A DNA stretch of 62,288 bases, the filler included, from Perkinsus olseni (lineage: Eukaryota): the NCBI GenBank assembly GCA_013115125.1. It is 14 parts of 14 records of this genome, joined end to end, with 100 filler letters (N's around TTAATTAATTAA, not from the genome) between each part and the next. Parts side by side here need not be neighbours in the genome. Positions count along the whole stretch, not along the records: positions 22,503 to 26,874 come from JABANN010001284.1; positions 26,975 to 31,326 come from JABANN010001285.1; positions 31,427 to 35,773 come from JABANN010001286.1; positions 35,874 to 40,216 come from JABANN010001287.1; 10 more parts are not named here. The stretch is one strand, 5' to 3'. Shown piece after piece: positions 22,947 to 36,414 of the stretch (position 1 is the stretch's first letter; each line of letters begins with the position of its first letter). The notes under the pieces were generated by a model. It was not told the origin of the DNA, ran no database searches, and saw only the letters and a program-made list of their open reading frames with translations. The translations under genes and the position numbers were made by a program.

Positions 22947-25900
22947 CTAGAAACAAATTCTGATATTGTTACAAAATATAACACCGACCCGCTCCATCGT
23001 CAACGTGAGTATAACGTGGATGGTATAGATACCAACGAGAAGCATTCTGAAGGGTAGGGGGGATGACGGCTCATGCTCAGCCAATAGTATATGCAGTACT
23101 TTGTACGAAAAGACAGTCGCATAGAGCGAAGCCAGAAGTTTTGCAGGAGGAACAGACTGAAGGCTCAGATGATACGTCTTCACAGCGTCTCTCAGCGTAA
23201 TTGATATCGCAGAACTCAGGTAAGTGAGACATAAGGATTCGTACAGCGTCCAATTCTGGTAGGACCTGACCGCTGATCCTAAACTCACAGGAGGAGAGGT
23301 AAACCAAGTCTCGGACTCGACCATTGAGAGAAGCACGACTTGCAGACCAATTCCGAGTACCACATGTAACGTCGTGAGACAAGCTTCGACCGCGAATGGA
23401 TTCGGGGAGGGCGTTGCCGACAAAGGTGTGCTAAATCTCGGTCTCAGGAAAAGAGCGGTGAGCAGGAGGGAGGGCAGAGAGTAGATGAGGTCAAGCCTGG
23501 CGTACTGGGGGTCGGTGAGGTTGTCACCCGAGTGGTAGAGCAATAGTACACACGACAATTGAAGTATTGAGTAAGTTACCGCGAGCCGAATGAGAACGAC
23601 AGCTGCTACCATGGCCCCTCGTCCTTGCGACATGACCTCACAACACAACCACGGTCCTTTGGATGCGTCGATACCGACGAGGCAGCCCCCTGCGAGGTAC
23701 TGTAACGCACCAGTTGTGTTCCATTTCGAGTAAGGTGGAGCAGAGCTGACCACAAGGCCGACCGCCGCCGCACAGAGGGCGGGGATGTCATTCGTACCAT
23801 CGCCACACATCATCACAGTCCGGCCAGAAGCGTTGCAGCAGTTCACGAAGTTCTTCTTCGACCAAGGCGTCATTCGAGCATGCACTGCCTCCTCCTGCAT
23901 CAACGGGTATCCGAGACTGCTGCAGGATAGCAAACCGATCGCGCTGGCAGATGCCCGAGCAGTTCCCTCAGCGTCACCGGTACACAGCACACATTTCACA
24001 TCAGCTTTGGTCAGTTCCCTAACCGTCTCGGTCGATGCAGAGTGGACGGTTGTATGGATGAAGATGAGCCCCAAGAAGCGAAGGTTGCAAGGGAGCATCC
24101 ATCCGCTCTCCTCCACGTTCGAGTTGTCCCGACAGGCGTAAGCCAACACTCGCAAGCCGCTTGTTGTATACCGGTCGAGTATCTCATAAAAATTGGACGG
24201 TATGGTCGAAGGCTTGCAAGCAGCGTGGATGGCTTCGGGTGCTCCCCGGACGTAGAAGACAGTACGGCTGTCAGGAGCACCACAGAGGACACCCGTGAGC
24301 CGTGTGGTCGCATCAAAGGGGGAGTGAGCTACAATAACCGAGTCAGCTTCTGTTGATGAGCCGGGCAAATGTAAATCTTCGACCGAGAAGCAAGACGAGT
24401 AAGTAGCGAATGACTGAGTTCCGCTGACGGTTGGCACCCCGTCGTGTTGACGACGGTTCGACGCTCTCGTCGGACTCGACTCGTCCCTGCCATCCTTTTT
24501 GAGTTTCCCATCCTCTAGTCGGTGGACGTAATCGAGGATCGCTTCGTCCACAGGACCCAAAGCACGACGGTTTCTGTCAGAGCAATGGGAGACCTTCAAG
24601 GCACGATGCAACAGGTCCGCATCCGGCGTGCAGGGCACATGATGGGGATTCCGTACCACGACCATCGGGTCGCCACACGCCATACCGACGACTGAGGCTG
24701 CGCCAGTTGTTACCGTGTTAGTTTTATCTAAGACAACTTGATCCACTAGCCCGGCCAAGATGAGAGGTGGAATGGATCCCCGTTGAGCCGGCAAAACCCC
24801 TGGTGGCAGTCGCAGACTCGATGAGCACGACAGGTGTAAAACCAGTAATGCTACGGGAAGGGCCGGGGGAAGAGCATCAGTGAGGACATCCACAGAGATC
24901 ATTACTCGCTCTCGTAGTGTAACCTGCTGTAGGGATGACCAACTAAAGATGAAGGCAGTGAAGCCAGCGGCGGCGAGGATAACTACACAGCCCAACACCG
25001 CCCGCTTTAGGCGTATCTCAGCTGCACCACTTCGACGGTTGGCGACAGCCTGTAAATGGAGGCCTTGGAGTGTTTGATTACCAGTAGCTATGACCAGGAA
25101 GGCGGCGTCTACTGTGGCATTGACCAGTCGGCCTCCACAGAGGAGCAGAGACTCGGGACCTGGGGGGAACCCTGGGCTAGCCGCTAGGAGCGTGTAAACT
25201 TCAGATTCGCCAGAGATGAAGGAGTGCTCGATGGTAGCAGAGCCTCGAACTAAAATACAGTCAGCAGGGATCGAACTCGAGGCCTGCAACTTCACGACGT
25301 CGCCGGGAACTAGACCTGTGACAGGAGCCTCCTCCGTCATACTGTCGAAGCTCACACGACAGACCATGCCCTCTTCGGACTCGTCTGCAGCTCTCTTCGT
25401 AGCTTGGTATGTCTGATGCAAAAGCCGCAGATGGAGGCCCCGGGCCAGCACAGTGAGTAGGAGGATAGTGAAGGCGTAGTCGTAATACCCGTCCAACATC
25501 CAGAAGCCAATCGATATACCTTGGAACCACATAACAGGAGAGCACACGAGGTAGGTCCAGAGGGCCCGTCCGAGCCATACCCAAGAGCTCGAGGGCAAAG
25601 CACCACTCAGGGCTGTTCCTTTGAAGATACGTAGTAGGCCATTGCGCTCCTGTGCCCCAGGCGACATCAGCTCCTGAGGTATCGAGTCGTAGAACATCCC
25701 CCGGCGGAACACTCGTTCTGTGGGCATTAGAATGTACGCCACATGATTCAACAAGAACCATACCGCGCCACCATGGCGGTGGAGCGGTATTTTCAGAGGC
25801 TTCAGTGAGGCACCCGTGAGTTGGACGAAGTGCCCATCACAATCAATGTGAGCGGTAGCCTCTTCCTGCGAGTCCGGGTCGACAAATCGGCTGTAGTACG

Positions 25901-26000
25901 CCGGCATCGACCCAAGCTCAACTCGGTAGGACCCCATTCGACGATTAAAAAAAGGCGACTCCAAGCAAGAGTCGACAGAGGAACGACCGAGGAAGCCCAA
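22947..26000 (-). CDS. P5-type (P5B-like) cation/polyamine-transporting ATPase, intronless; true start probably further upstream
   Basis: LVPGDVV, IPADCILV, ISGES, PPALP, DKTNTVT, RGAPE, GLRVLAYA, CTGD, ARMTP, MCGDGTND, C-terminal TM helices. Confidence 0.92.
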   Translation of the reverse strand: MGFLGRSSVDSCLESPFFNRRMGSYRVELGSMPAYYSRFVDPDSQEEATAHIDCDGHFVQLTGASLKPLKIPLHRHGGAVWFLLNHVAYILMPTERVFRRGMFYDSIPQELMSPGAQERNGLLRIFKGTALSGALPSSSWVWLGRALWTYLVCSPVMWFQGISIGFWMLDGYYDYAFTILLLTVLARGLHLRLLHQTYQATKRAADESEEGMVCRVSFDSMTEEAPVTGLVPGDVVKLQASSSIPADCILVRGSATIEHSFISGESEVYTLLAASPGFPPGPESLLLCGGRLVNATVDAAFLVIATGNQTLQGLHLQAVANRRSGAAEIRLKRAVLGCVVILAAAGFTAFIFSWSSLQQVTLRERVMISVDVLTDALPPALPVALLVLHLSCSSSLRLPPGVLPAQRGSIPPLILAGLVDQVVLDKTNTVTTGAASVVGMACGDPMVVVRNPHHVPCTPDADLLHRALKVSHCSDRNRRALGPVDEAILDYVHRLEDGKLKKDGRDESSPTRASNRRQHDGVPTVSGTQSFATYSSCFSVEDLHLPGSSTEADSVIVAHSPFDATTRLTGVLCGAPDSRTVFYVRGAPEAIHAACKPSTIPSNFYEILDRYTTSGLRVLAYACRDNSNVEESGWMLPCNLRFLGLIFIHTTVHSASTETVRELTKADVKCVLCTGDAEGTARASASAIGLLSCSSLGYPLMQEEAVHARMTPWSKKNFVNCCNASGRTVMMCGDGTNDIPALCAAAVGLVVSSAPPYSKWNTTGALQYLAGGCLVGIDASKGPWLCCEVMSQGRGAMVAAVVLIRLAVTYSILQLSCVLLLYHSGDNLTDPQYARLDLIYSLPSLLLTALFLRPRFSTPLSATPSPNPFAVEACLTTLHVVLGIGLQVVLLSMVESETWFTSPPVSLGSAVRSYQNWTLYESLCLTYLSSAISITLRDAVKTYHLSLQSVPPAKLLASLYATVFSYKVLHILLAEHEPSSPLPFRMLLVGIYTIHVILTLTMERVGVIFCNNIRICF

Positions 26001-29000
26001 CGCGAGTGCAGTGACGTTGGAAATAGATACGTTAACACGAGGCCTCTGACTGCTCCGAAACCGACACTAGGAGACAAAATTGTATACCACGCCTTCCGAG
26101 CATCTTTCCCGCATGTGGAGTCTTTGCGCGGGAATGAACGACTTGGGCTCGACGGCCTCGGGCAGTGCTGCGGTCGGTCTCGAACTTCGGTCATGTTAGA
26201 TGATCTGGGGGACTCAGAGCACTCAAAGTGGCATTGAGGAACGCAACAAGCCCGGCATATATATGCCTGAGAAGTGAGACAAGCCGTTGCGTGCCGTTGC
26301 AAGTGGTGAAGACTTTCTCACTATTACACAAGGTAGGCCCTCGGAAGTTTGGCCGGGAGTCGCACTGAATGACGTCTCTCATCGTGTCCAGGGACGAGCC
26401 CAGTCGTAACATGAAGTTGTCCCTCTCGTACGTTAAGTGCTGAAGTCCCCATTCCGACGAGAGGCAATGCATTGACCTAGTGATACGAACATCAGGGACA
26501 GTATTTGTAGACAAAAGGACAGCTACTAGCTTCGGTAGCTACTAGCTCGTCTGCCGTAGTATCTCACAGGAAGATGTAGTGCACAGAGAAAGTCTGCTGT
26601 AAACGGGCTTCTGACATTCATTCGGTCTCTGTGAATTGGGGAGAGTTCGAAAGCCTCTTCTGTAACGTCTCTTTCGCATAGTTTTTCGTTTTCCCCCTCG
26701 AAGTTTACTCCATGCGTTGCTCCGTTTCTACTGTTGTCGCTCTCGCCGGTGCCGTCGCCGTGGCTACTGCCACTGAGGATGCTTCTCACAGATGTGCTCC
26801 GAGGTCGATGGATGCCGCGAGTCCAAGTATGGTTCATACTGCAAGGGTTGGATGACACCTTCCACCTGCTTCGGNNNNNNNNNNNNNNNNNNNNNNNNNN
26901 NNNNNNNNNNNNNNNNNNTTAATTAATTAANNNNNNNNNNNNNNNNNNNNNNNNNNNNNNNNNNNNNNNNNNNNAAGATGTATGAGTATTGGAGACATGA
27001 GTCGAAAATGTACGACTATTTGGTGTACGAAACGTGAACATCCCTCCTTCTGTCCTGCTTCTCGAGCTGCTCGACCTCCCACCATGTACGATATCTCACA
27101 AGAACATCGTTGAAGATCTCGTTGAGACTACGATTCGTCCTGAACCACAAAATACACTTTGTCTTCGGCAACAGGAATGATTCCTGCTAGAGGATGTGTA
27201 TTCAGCTATCTCGCAGCTTGATCCGGAAGCATAAGCTCAGTACTGTCTTACTGCATAACATGGCGTGCGGCGGAGAAAGCTCTTTCAAGCTCTTGAGTTC
27301 CAGACGGGATAATCGAAGATAAGTGAAGTAAGCGTGCTACAGAGCACTGCTCTGAGAGCAGTCATTGCAGAACAAGCTCCAGTAGTCACGGAAGTCAGCT
27401 GCCGCAGCAGTACCATGCAGTCCTAAGTGAAACAACAGATTCAGGGTGCAAGACAGCATGCACCGGCAGGCCCCGTGAAAAGACGCCCACCTTCAAGGGA
27501 GAAGAAGCCCGTGATACTTCATTTGTTGACGCCTGTCAGAGGTACTTGTGTACTGTTGTTGGCAACCATGATGACTCAATAACGTAACACTCCCGGATCT
27601 GATGCAGATACCTTCTACTGATAATATAGTTGAGTTAGGGGTGAGCAACTGGACCAGCGATAGAATAACCAAAGCTGTACTCTGATGATGGTAGTAGTTG
27701 ATACGACGAAGGGATGATCACTCGCAGGAGGCGAGGAGCAGAGCAGATCGGAAAGTATTGGGGAATTACTGCAAAGACAAATGGCTACTCACTTACAAGC
27801 GCACATAGTCACAACAGCAGATAATCGCATCAAATATCCAGTGCTCGGACTAGCAGTTTCAGACTCGGCAACATGAAACGGTTGTGCCGCGCTAGCCGCG
27901 ATAATCGATACTCAGGGACTTAGAGACAGACGGTGTGGTACACTTGTGGCCCGCATTGCTGGGTCGAAGAGAAGGACCCACTCTCTGTCTTGGGAGGCCC
28001 TCGTTAGACTAGAGAAGACCAGAACCAGCTGACGCCGGAAAGATGATGGTGGCGTATTACCGCTCCCGGATGATCCGCCGGCTTTCTCCGGTGAGAGACG
28101 GGTCTTGACAAGCTCTCACATAGACTCGAGACATTGCTCTCAAGCCTCCAACGCAGGAGGACGAAGCCGATTGGAGTTCGTCCGATGAATCTTTGAAGAC
28201 CCACAGCGACTCGATGGTTACCCGGAAACCATTCCGAGTTCCGAGACATTATTCGGAAAAGCAGGGCTACGCCGCAAGATGTCGGAAACCGTTTCCGAGG
28301 TAGCCTAAGAGACCGCCTTGGAACCTAGGGCTAGAAGCGACGAGCGCAAAACCTACTGCTCCCAGTATTTTGATTTGCACCGTACGAATAGCTTAGCTAC
28401 GGGCTCCCAGCTGGTTAAAAGAGAGCGAATCGCCAGTAATGCTGTTGCGACACGGCTCTTTGCCCGCTGGACGCCCCGGACGCCGCGATCGACGACTGGC
28501 TTTCGTGCAACCCAACATCACCTTCTGCGCTAGGAGTATTCTCCATATAGGAGCGATAGTGACGGAATAGACCAAAGATCAAGAACCCCTGAAGTACGTG
28601 AGTATCACAACGTATGATTAACAAAGCGATACGATAAAATACGGACTTCATAATAAGCATCACGAATAAGGATTGGTCGCGTCACAGAGATATCTTGTAA
28701 TCTTGTGGGTCCTCGATCCTCCGCTATATCTCAATAAATCTGGTAATGAGTATGCGAATGAAGAAAGGATCAACCTGGTTTATCACGAACCCTTGTTTGA
28801 TCGTATCATAATATGATCGGCTCACTGGAATACGTGAGTCACGTAACGTGACCATAACCAGATCAGAATCAACAAAATCATTACAAATGCATACATCCAT
28901 CGAGTATCACAGTATCACCGCCTGGGCCCAGTAACGTTTTTATAACAAGCGCATTTTGATGAGACAGGCACCCCCAACTCTCCGTCACTGGCAGCTATTA

Positions 29001-29149
29001 ATAGTAGGATAGTAGGAATTCGAATATTATATAATGACATTTCTCGAATTTTTCATTTTTTCCGGAGCACTTTATTTCATTCGAAAATTTCAGAATGGAA
29101 AAATCGAAAAAAAATACTCCCGAGCAAAAAGTAACCAACCCTGATGCGG

Positions 29150-31040
29150 AGCCACACTGAGAAGGTTGTTATGGAATGCCACAGTGATTAGTAAACCCAA
29201 TACCAAGTGAGTTTGGAGAGATATAACTTATGTACAAATACTCAATGGGAGAGCACTACAGCTCATACAGCTTGAATCCGCTGAGGGACACACACCTGAA
29301 TATCCAACACAGCGCAATAACAATGATCATTCTATCACAAGGTGGCAGTGTGAATATTCGATAGATACATATTTGATCGATATAAAAAAGGGATATTTAC
29401 AAGTGAAAATAGATGAAGAAGTACATCCACATTTATGTATTAGAGTACCGAACTTAGAAAATGAGTATTAGGGTATGATATCAATGCCCTTCAGGCTCAG
29501 TATAGCGCCGAACTTCGGCGGCCGAGTGCCTTACTGAAATCTCAAAGTTGAGCAAGAAAACTTTGAGAGTCCCAGCCCTGACTGAATGTTGTATCTTCCT
29601 TGAAGGCCTTCAAGACCTTGTTGAATTCTATATTGATGATGGTATGGCAGAGAAAAATATTTCGAATTGATAAAAAAGTGTTTAGAGAAGAACCACCTCA
29701 CATTAGAAGAAGCCGAGAGACTAAGAAAAGCGAGAGTAGAGCCGTCCAGGTTCGGCGCGCCAATGTATATGCGTATACATGCGAAGTTGATCGCTCTTTA
29801 CGAGTTAGCTGCTCTTGTAGTTGTCTCTTTTCATATATTGGCTCTTTCCGGCCTATCATGTTCGTCAATCGCGTACTCTATTAGGTATCCAAATGGACAA
29901 TGATGACAACGGGTCATGGAGGAGCAAAGGACGAAGGCCTGTATTGAGAAGAAATGAAAACGGTTCAGTTACAAGACAACAAATAAGTTCGTGGGTGGGT
30001 GAGCTTGTAGCCCACTACCCGATTGCACGGTGGCTTCGTAGCACGTGCGCCATGTTGACGCGTTGTTTTATGACTGATGGCCAGTGTCCCTGACCACACA
30101 GCACACAAGCTATCTGTCCCCATATCTTAGCCTAGCGATTCCCATTTGATAACGATGATATACTCTTAATAACAGTCTCTTGAGCGGTCCTTAATACTTG
30201 GGTTGGCCACGACTGGTAACATGGTGGAGAACCCTGATGCGCTACGTTCCCTTTGCGTCTTGCTACCTGCTGGGTATGCAGGAGCTCTACTATGATCATC
30301 TCATGAAGCAGTGGACTCGTTTTCTCAAGTGGTCCCTTCACATTAATCTGTATGTGGTTCGCAAGCTCTACTGTATCTTACTACTCAATCACTACTTGAA
30401 AACTTGTACTTATCGCACTGCGTATCTACTTCTTCTAGTGATGGCTATCTCTAATGAGGAATACATTGGCGAACCTATCGGATTAGGCATCTGACTAATA
30501 TGATGAATGGTCTTGGATGAAACGGCTTGTGTGATTAGCGTCCCAGCATGAACATGGGTTTTATGTTGAGCTTGGGCCACGAGACATTTCGTCGGCACAT
30601 CAGTTCGATCATATTGATAATGTGTGGTGTGGCTCGTTTAGGTTGATGTCACCTGACGATAACCGTGTTTTTGAGGTGACGGAGTCGTATGACAAAGTTT
30701 CGCCGCACATAGTAGAAGTATGTGATAAAATACAAACCGACTTGGAACATAGGGGCGATCCCGTCAAGGGGCTATGGACACTAAAAACCGAAGAGGAATG
30801 GATATTATATGTCGATGCAAGTAAAGTAGCTTACGGCGCGTGCTTGTCTATTGGTCGAGTGCGTGCAGAAGATGGATCTTGGATAAGACCTAAAAACGAC
30901 CACTGGCATATAATTTATATTATATAAATGTAACTGAATTAGAGGTGCTGAAGGGACTCGCATCAGTTACAATGTATCTAAAGGCTAACAATATGGTTGG
31001 TAGGAGGAAAGAAGTATTAATTAGAAGTAATGATGTCTCG
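29150..31040 (+). pseudogene. Degenerate LTR-element RT/RNaseH interrupted by several small insertions
   Basis: IDIKKGYLQV (~29375), MPFRLSIAP, YIDD (~29630), VLGIQ, TRQQISSWVGEL, LYVDASKVAYG. Confidence 0.75.
29739..29878. mobile_element. 140-bp insertion, GAG...CTC ends, TA duplication
   Basis: Removing it plus one TA restores in-frame KARVLGIQMD in the host RT. Confidence 0.7.
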
Positions 31041-31734
31041 TCGTATTGGCATACCTATGGTATTCTGCTAGTCGTCCTCTACTCGCTCTGTTGTCGACGT
31101 CGTCGGAAGTGACGACAAGTTGTCGTCACTTTCGCTATTTTCTGCTGCTGTCATCAATCGCATTTGGTAATTGTTATCATCGTAAGGAGGGATTTGTCGG
31201 CTGCCTTAAGGTTGTTGGCAAATCGCCCAGTGGTAGCAGACTGCTACTAGCAGGGTTTCACCCAGGCGTACCCCACGCGCCTCCAGGCGCGTGCCGCTTA
31301 CCATAGTATCGGCTCAGGCGCGCCAANNNNNNNNNNNNNNNNNNNNNNNNNNNNNNNNNNNNNNNNNNNNTTAATTAATTAANNNNNNNNNNNNNNNNNN
31401 NNNNNNNNNNNNNNNNNNNNNNNNNNAGACCAGGAAGGATCTTCCACTGTCAGAAACGCGAAGTAACCACCCGAGAACGTAAGTCTGTATAATACGGGCG
31501 AAGCTTTCCACGGTGAGGACAGCCGGAGCCTTTCAGCGTTCACACCTTCACAACGTAAATGGGACAATTGGATAAGAGCCAGCCGTGAAGACCCATCCTT
31601 CCCTAGTTTCCGCTACGACACCTCTCCCGGGCCACATCCACGCTCTGAAGGGCTACTAGATCAGTACTACCTATCATGAAACGGAAAAGAGGGCCACCCA
31701 TGGGAGCGACCATAGCATCGTAATGGAGAGAAAT

Positions 31735-31808
31735 GCATCATGATGGGTTCGAACCCGATACCTACTGTCATCAAAGCTCTTGCTGCTCATCCCCAGTTGT
31801 CCACAACT
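31735..31808 (-). ncRNA. Weak tRNA-derived A/B-box sequence
   Basis: TGGACAACTGG ... AGGTATCGGGTTCGAACCC at near-tRNA spacing. No convincing stems. Confidence 0.3.
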
Positions 31809-32048
31809 AAACTAAACAGTCGTTCTCTGACATCTTATAGAGTGTTCATGAATAATCGTGGAGGAAATCCAAGATCAGCAAGATCCGCAAGTGACGATAA
31901 ACGTTCCGAAATAGCACTAAATTTTACACCGATACAAACCGGTAACATAACGGGTTAACGAAACGGCATAATTGATACAGGGGTAAAGAAATCTTACAAT
32001 TTACAGCGGAGCGAAGCTCTCGCGAGAACGGGACAAAAACAGGGGGTG

Positions 32049-35000
32049 TCAAAAAAGCAAGTTGTCGGGGTTCGGTATCACATCACGGTTCAATTGCATC
32101 AGACAACCGAAGAGGGAATCGCTAATGGAGAGAAATAGCCGACTCGAGTCGGGGCTGTAGCCAAGACCTGCTACATTCCCGAAGATATCAACGACCTGAC
32201 GACCATCAGAAATGACCGCGCGCCACGAAATTATTCTCTTACCTGCTCGCATGTGAAATCAGACGCGGTATCAACCACATGAACCAAGTCGGCCGGCTCG
32301 GCAAAAGCCAAATACCTGAGAAGGGCCTCCTACAGCGACGCTGCGACAGCACATCACCGTCCATCTCCAGAGAAGTGGCAGGTCCTGACTGCTCCGAGGA
32401 CCGTCCCTAGGGACCGAAGGGGCTGGTCGGGTTTAAGGTTACGAACATCCCACACACGACAAGTACCATCCTGAAAAGATGTCGATCCGCATGGTCTGTT
32501 ATCATGATACAAGGGAATGCCTTCGGAGAAACGCAAATTCACTGGCTCGACCAACTAGAACGCTGCAAAGAATCACACTAACAGGTCTCGCTAAGAGCAA
32601 TGGGAGCGAAACAATGACACTAACAGTGAATCCGAGTCTCTGCGTAAGCGGATAGAAAAACGTGTCTCCTGCTCGAGCCAGACACGAGCTGCAGTGATGA
32701 TAGTCTAATAGAGATCATCACCACATTCTACAGAGAAGCGCCGGATGCTACAAATCTGCTAGGATATAGTAGCATGAAAACCCGGATCCTAGAATCCCGA
32801 TACCTCCCAAATCGATCGATGCCAGTTCGTGTAAAATTTTCCCCCGCGCAACTCGCTAACGTCCGAGTGCTCGAAAACTTGCCAAGATTCGTTTATAGCC
32901 TAAGTCAACCTAAAGATACCCAATATACCTGATTTCCGGTAGCCAGGAGATTGCCATTGGGATGCCAGGTAGAGCAGAAGCCATAGTCCAGATGGCCCTT
33001 CAATACTAATGCCTTCTGCAACTTGGCGGAGTTACGACGGTCCGAAATTATCACAGCTCGATCGTCACCCGAGGCACAGAGGACACGAGAATCCCGCGGG
33101 TTAACAGAAACATGATTCACCGACCAGGAGTATCTGAGTGACCGAGATCAGAAACCGCCAACATACTTTTCCGAGACGGACATCAGAGCGAATACAGGGA
33201 ACTTTAGAGAGGCACTGCAGTAGTACTACTCCGTAAATCTCAGTAACACCCCAGATCATTTATGCCTCAGACTAGAGGACACGGTTGAGGTTTATCAGAG
33301 TAATCTCGTCTCACCACAGGTGAACTTCATTCGAGAGGCGCAAGGATTTAATCGCTACCACTTTCGGACAGTGGCTCCGACACGAGAACCACTGTTATAA
33401 TGTGTCCTCCAAATCCAATTCGTAGCGAAGAAAACGGGAGACCACCGGGAGTGAGCTGCCCCTTCCTGTTAGTACGTGGCCTCGGAGACGATAGCTCCTC
33501 CGTGGGTGACGTCGATGTCCCGAAGGACTCGGTCATTATTGGCTACTATCAGATGGAGAGGCTCACAGCCCATTCGATAGAAGGCCTGTTGCTCGTAGAA
33601 TTGGCCATAAACCTGTAAAATGCACCATGCTAGGTTTGGACCTAAGACCCACCGATGACAGGCTCTACACTATCTGGGACCTTCATCAGCATGTGCTCCT
33701 CAAAGATACTCCCGTCCAAGTCCATCCTAGGGAACCTCCTCCTCTCGCCGTGCCCACTCTCCTCTTCCAGCGGCGTCATAAAAGCATCATCCATCTCGCC
33801 GTCAGCCTCCGTGCCACCATCACTCGAGGCCGTCCCCTCCACCGACATGCCACCGATAATTCGCCTAAGACAAGCTCTCACTGTCGAGCACCTCCGTCGG
33901 GCCTCACCGTTGAGGAGGCTTCTCATCCTCTGACACTCTAGGGGAGAAATAACCGCTGCTCGGCAGTATCAAGGAGAAATTGGTGATGTTGTTGCTGGCA
34001 TCGCTCATCCGGGCCTTCAACACCTGCCAACAATTTTTATCATGAGCACGGGTCAACCTTGGATACGTCCTGGCGGCTATCGACTACCTCGTGTGCATCG
34101 TGCGTTCTGGTGACGATGACCGTAGAGTCGAAGCCGCCAGAGACAGCAAAGCCCCTATTGACGTCGATGCTGGACAGAGTGTGAACCGGCTGGGAGTGCA
34201 TTTGGGTGGCCTCTCCCGTGAGAGTGTCGTAGCGATACAAGGTGGAGTTACAAACAAGATACACAATACCTGAAAAAGGCCAATTCCCATCTCGACCTTC
34301 GACCGGTTCTCATTGGCAGTACTGTTGGCAGTGGGGACGGTGAGATGACGAAGTTGGAAATGATCGACGGTGGGATTGAGTCTCCACACGGAGGGTTCCC
34401 CGCGGTAGCTTCGGCAGAATCGATAATAGCACAGGTTCACGCGATCCATCTGATAAAGCAAGTTGACCTGTTCCGTATCTTGCACGCTCAACCCGTAGAT
34501 ACCTCTGTTATGGCCTGCTTCCGCTTCTTCTCCAGAGCATCATTCCAAGTCACATTATTATAGTTCGAGAAGTCCTGTACCCGTCGCTCTCGATACTCGA
34601 ATCGATTAATCGCAAACCTGCACACACGAGAAATATCGAACAAAAAATTTTTCAAAGTCCCTCGTGTCACCTCTCCCATGGTATTCCCTGCGGATCTGTC
34701 TGCGACCTGTCACCCGGCTGCCTCCTAAACGCCCACTGGACCTCCGCTCCGGTGATGTCCCTCTCCGGAGTAGACGGTTGCGGCAGCAACGGCCTCACAG
34801 AAGATAGCAAACTGCGGGTTGATTGGATCGAACTCTCCTCAGTTATCCACATCCGCTGTCGAGAAAGCAGCAGAGGCGTCTCCCGTTCGGCCACCACGGC
34901 TTCTTCCGATTCCACCGATCCGAACTCGCTGCCGCAGCTCACATCATCGCTCGGGAACGACTCACAGCAGCTGACCTCACTATCACCTTCGTCCCACCTG

Positions 35001-35284
35001 GGGTCCCACTCCTCAGCAACATCGCCACCTTCCAAGGCCATGCGCGTACCAACTTTTTCGCAACTCTCATCGTCAATACTCCGACGTGACATGGCCGAAT
35101 CTTCGCTCGAGTAGCCCTCCTCATCACTCATTCTATCTCCAGCTCTCCTCCTAACTCGGAAAGTCCGTCGAGGCGGCCGACGGCGACGGCGGCGGGCCGA
35201 CTTGGATCGGCGACTTCGGTAGGGACGGGCAGGCGCTACAACCGGTGGTTGTTGCTGATAATGTGGGCCTCCACTACAGACCAT
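32049..35284 (-). CDS. WD40-repeat protein, C2A9.03/DUF2415-like, multi-exon
   Basis: DPQGIPWER, YRERRVQDFSNYNNV, VDHFQLRHL, LKGHLDYGFCSTWHPNGNLLATGNQ/DGTCRVWDVRN, AFAEPADLVHV, DIFGNVAGLGYSPD. GT-AG introns. Start uncertain. Confidence 0.88.
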
Positions 35285-36414
35285 AGCAGCATATACCACA
35301 ATGATAACAAGAGAACTCGACGGGGACCCGACAACAGGCCACAACAAAAGTAACTGACAGTAGGCACCAACTTGACCTATTTCGTATCTTGCACGCTCGA
35401 CCTAAGGAATCCCGCAACGAGACTCCCCAATGTATCCATGCCTACGAGACTGCGTCTCTCCTCAGGACACCATCGCAAGGCTCAGCCTGTCGTCCTTCAA
35501 CCAGGAAGCTCCCCCCTCTTCTCCATAGATCAAACTCCCCGCTGGAGTCGACGCTGCGAGCTAACGCCGCAGCTGCTTGGAGCTTCACTAACGAGAGCCT
35601 CACCTTTCCCACCACAACCACGACGAATTCGTCGCCGAGGATTCGGCGCGCGCCCAAAAACTAACGAAGCCAACCAACGAACACAGCGAGAGAGAGTTGG
35701 AATGTGAGATTCGCACGCCTCTCTCTCAGTATCTTTGTATATCGCCCGCCTAAATGTGTAACCGTGAAACCGCNNNNNNNNNNNNNNNNNNNNNNNNNNN
35801 NNNNNNNNNNNNNNNNNTTAATTAATTAANNNNNNNNNNNNNNNNNNNNNNNNNNNNNNNNNNNNNNNNNNNNGCCCAGGCTCGCTGATGTGTCGCTTGC
35901 GCGACAGTTTATGGTTTTTGGCAAACCCGGCGCCTTACCACCAAGCGGCCTAGCGATGACTCTTCTCCTCAACCATTGAAGGTGACACGCCGTAACTAGT
36001 GCTGGCTGCTGTTGATATCTTTGATGTTACTTGTTCGTTCGCTCTCGATGTTACTTCGTCAGCCGAGTCCTTACAGCTTTGCGTTCAGTCTCGTCGGTTG
36101 GCGGAGTCAGTCCGCACGGACACAAAGGCCGGGCGTTCACCTTCCACTAAGCCATCATCGACTACTCAGGTAATGCTACATCCCTTACGGGCTCTTAGTA
36201 ACACATCATGACCTCGCTCTCAGTCCGTAAGAGGATCTTCGAACCTCGGGATATCTCATTCACTCGTGTCAATTTCTGTTGCAGAACTCCTAGTAGTACT
36301 AGAGTTAATTCAAACATACCCTAGCCGTTCACTCGTCTCTCAAAGACATATCCTTCGCGTAAAACCCTTACTAGGTTTACATCCTACGTAGTGCCTATAC
36401 TATAGGTACCGCCG

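Noticed and set aside
28330-29143. ATCAC/GATC-rich stretch ending in hAT-like CCAACCCTG
   Set aside because: Probably a MITE, but I could not find a matching left end or TSD.
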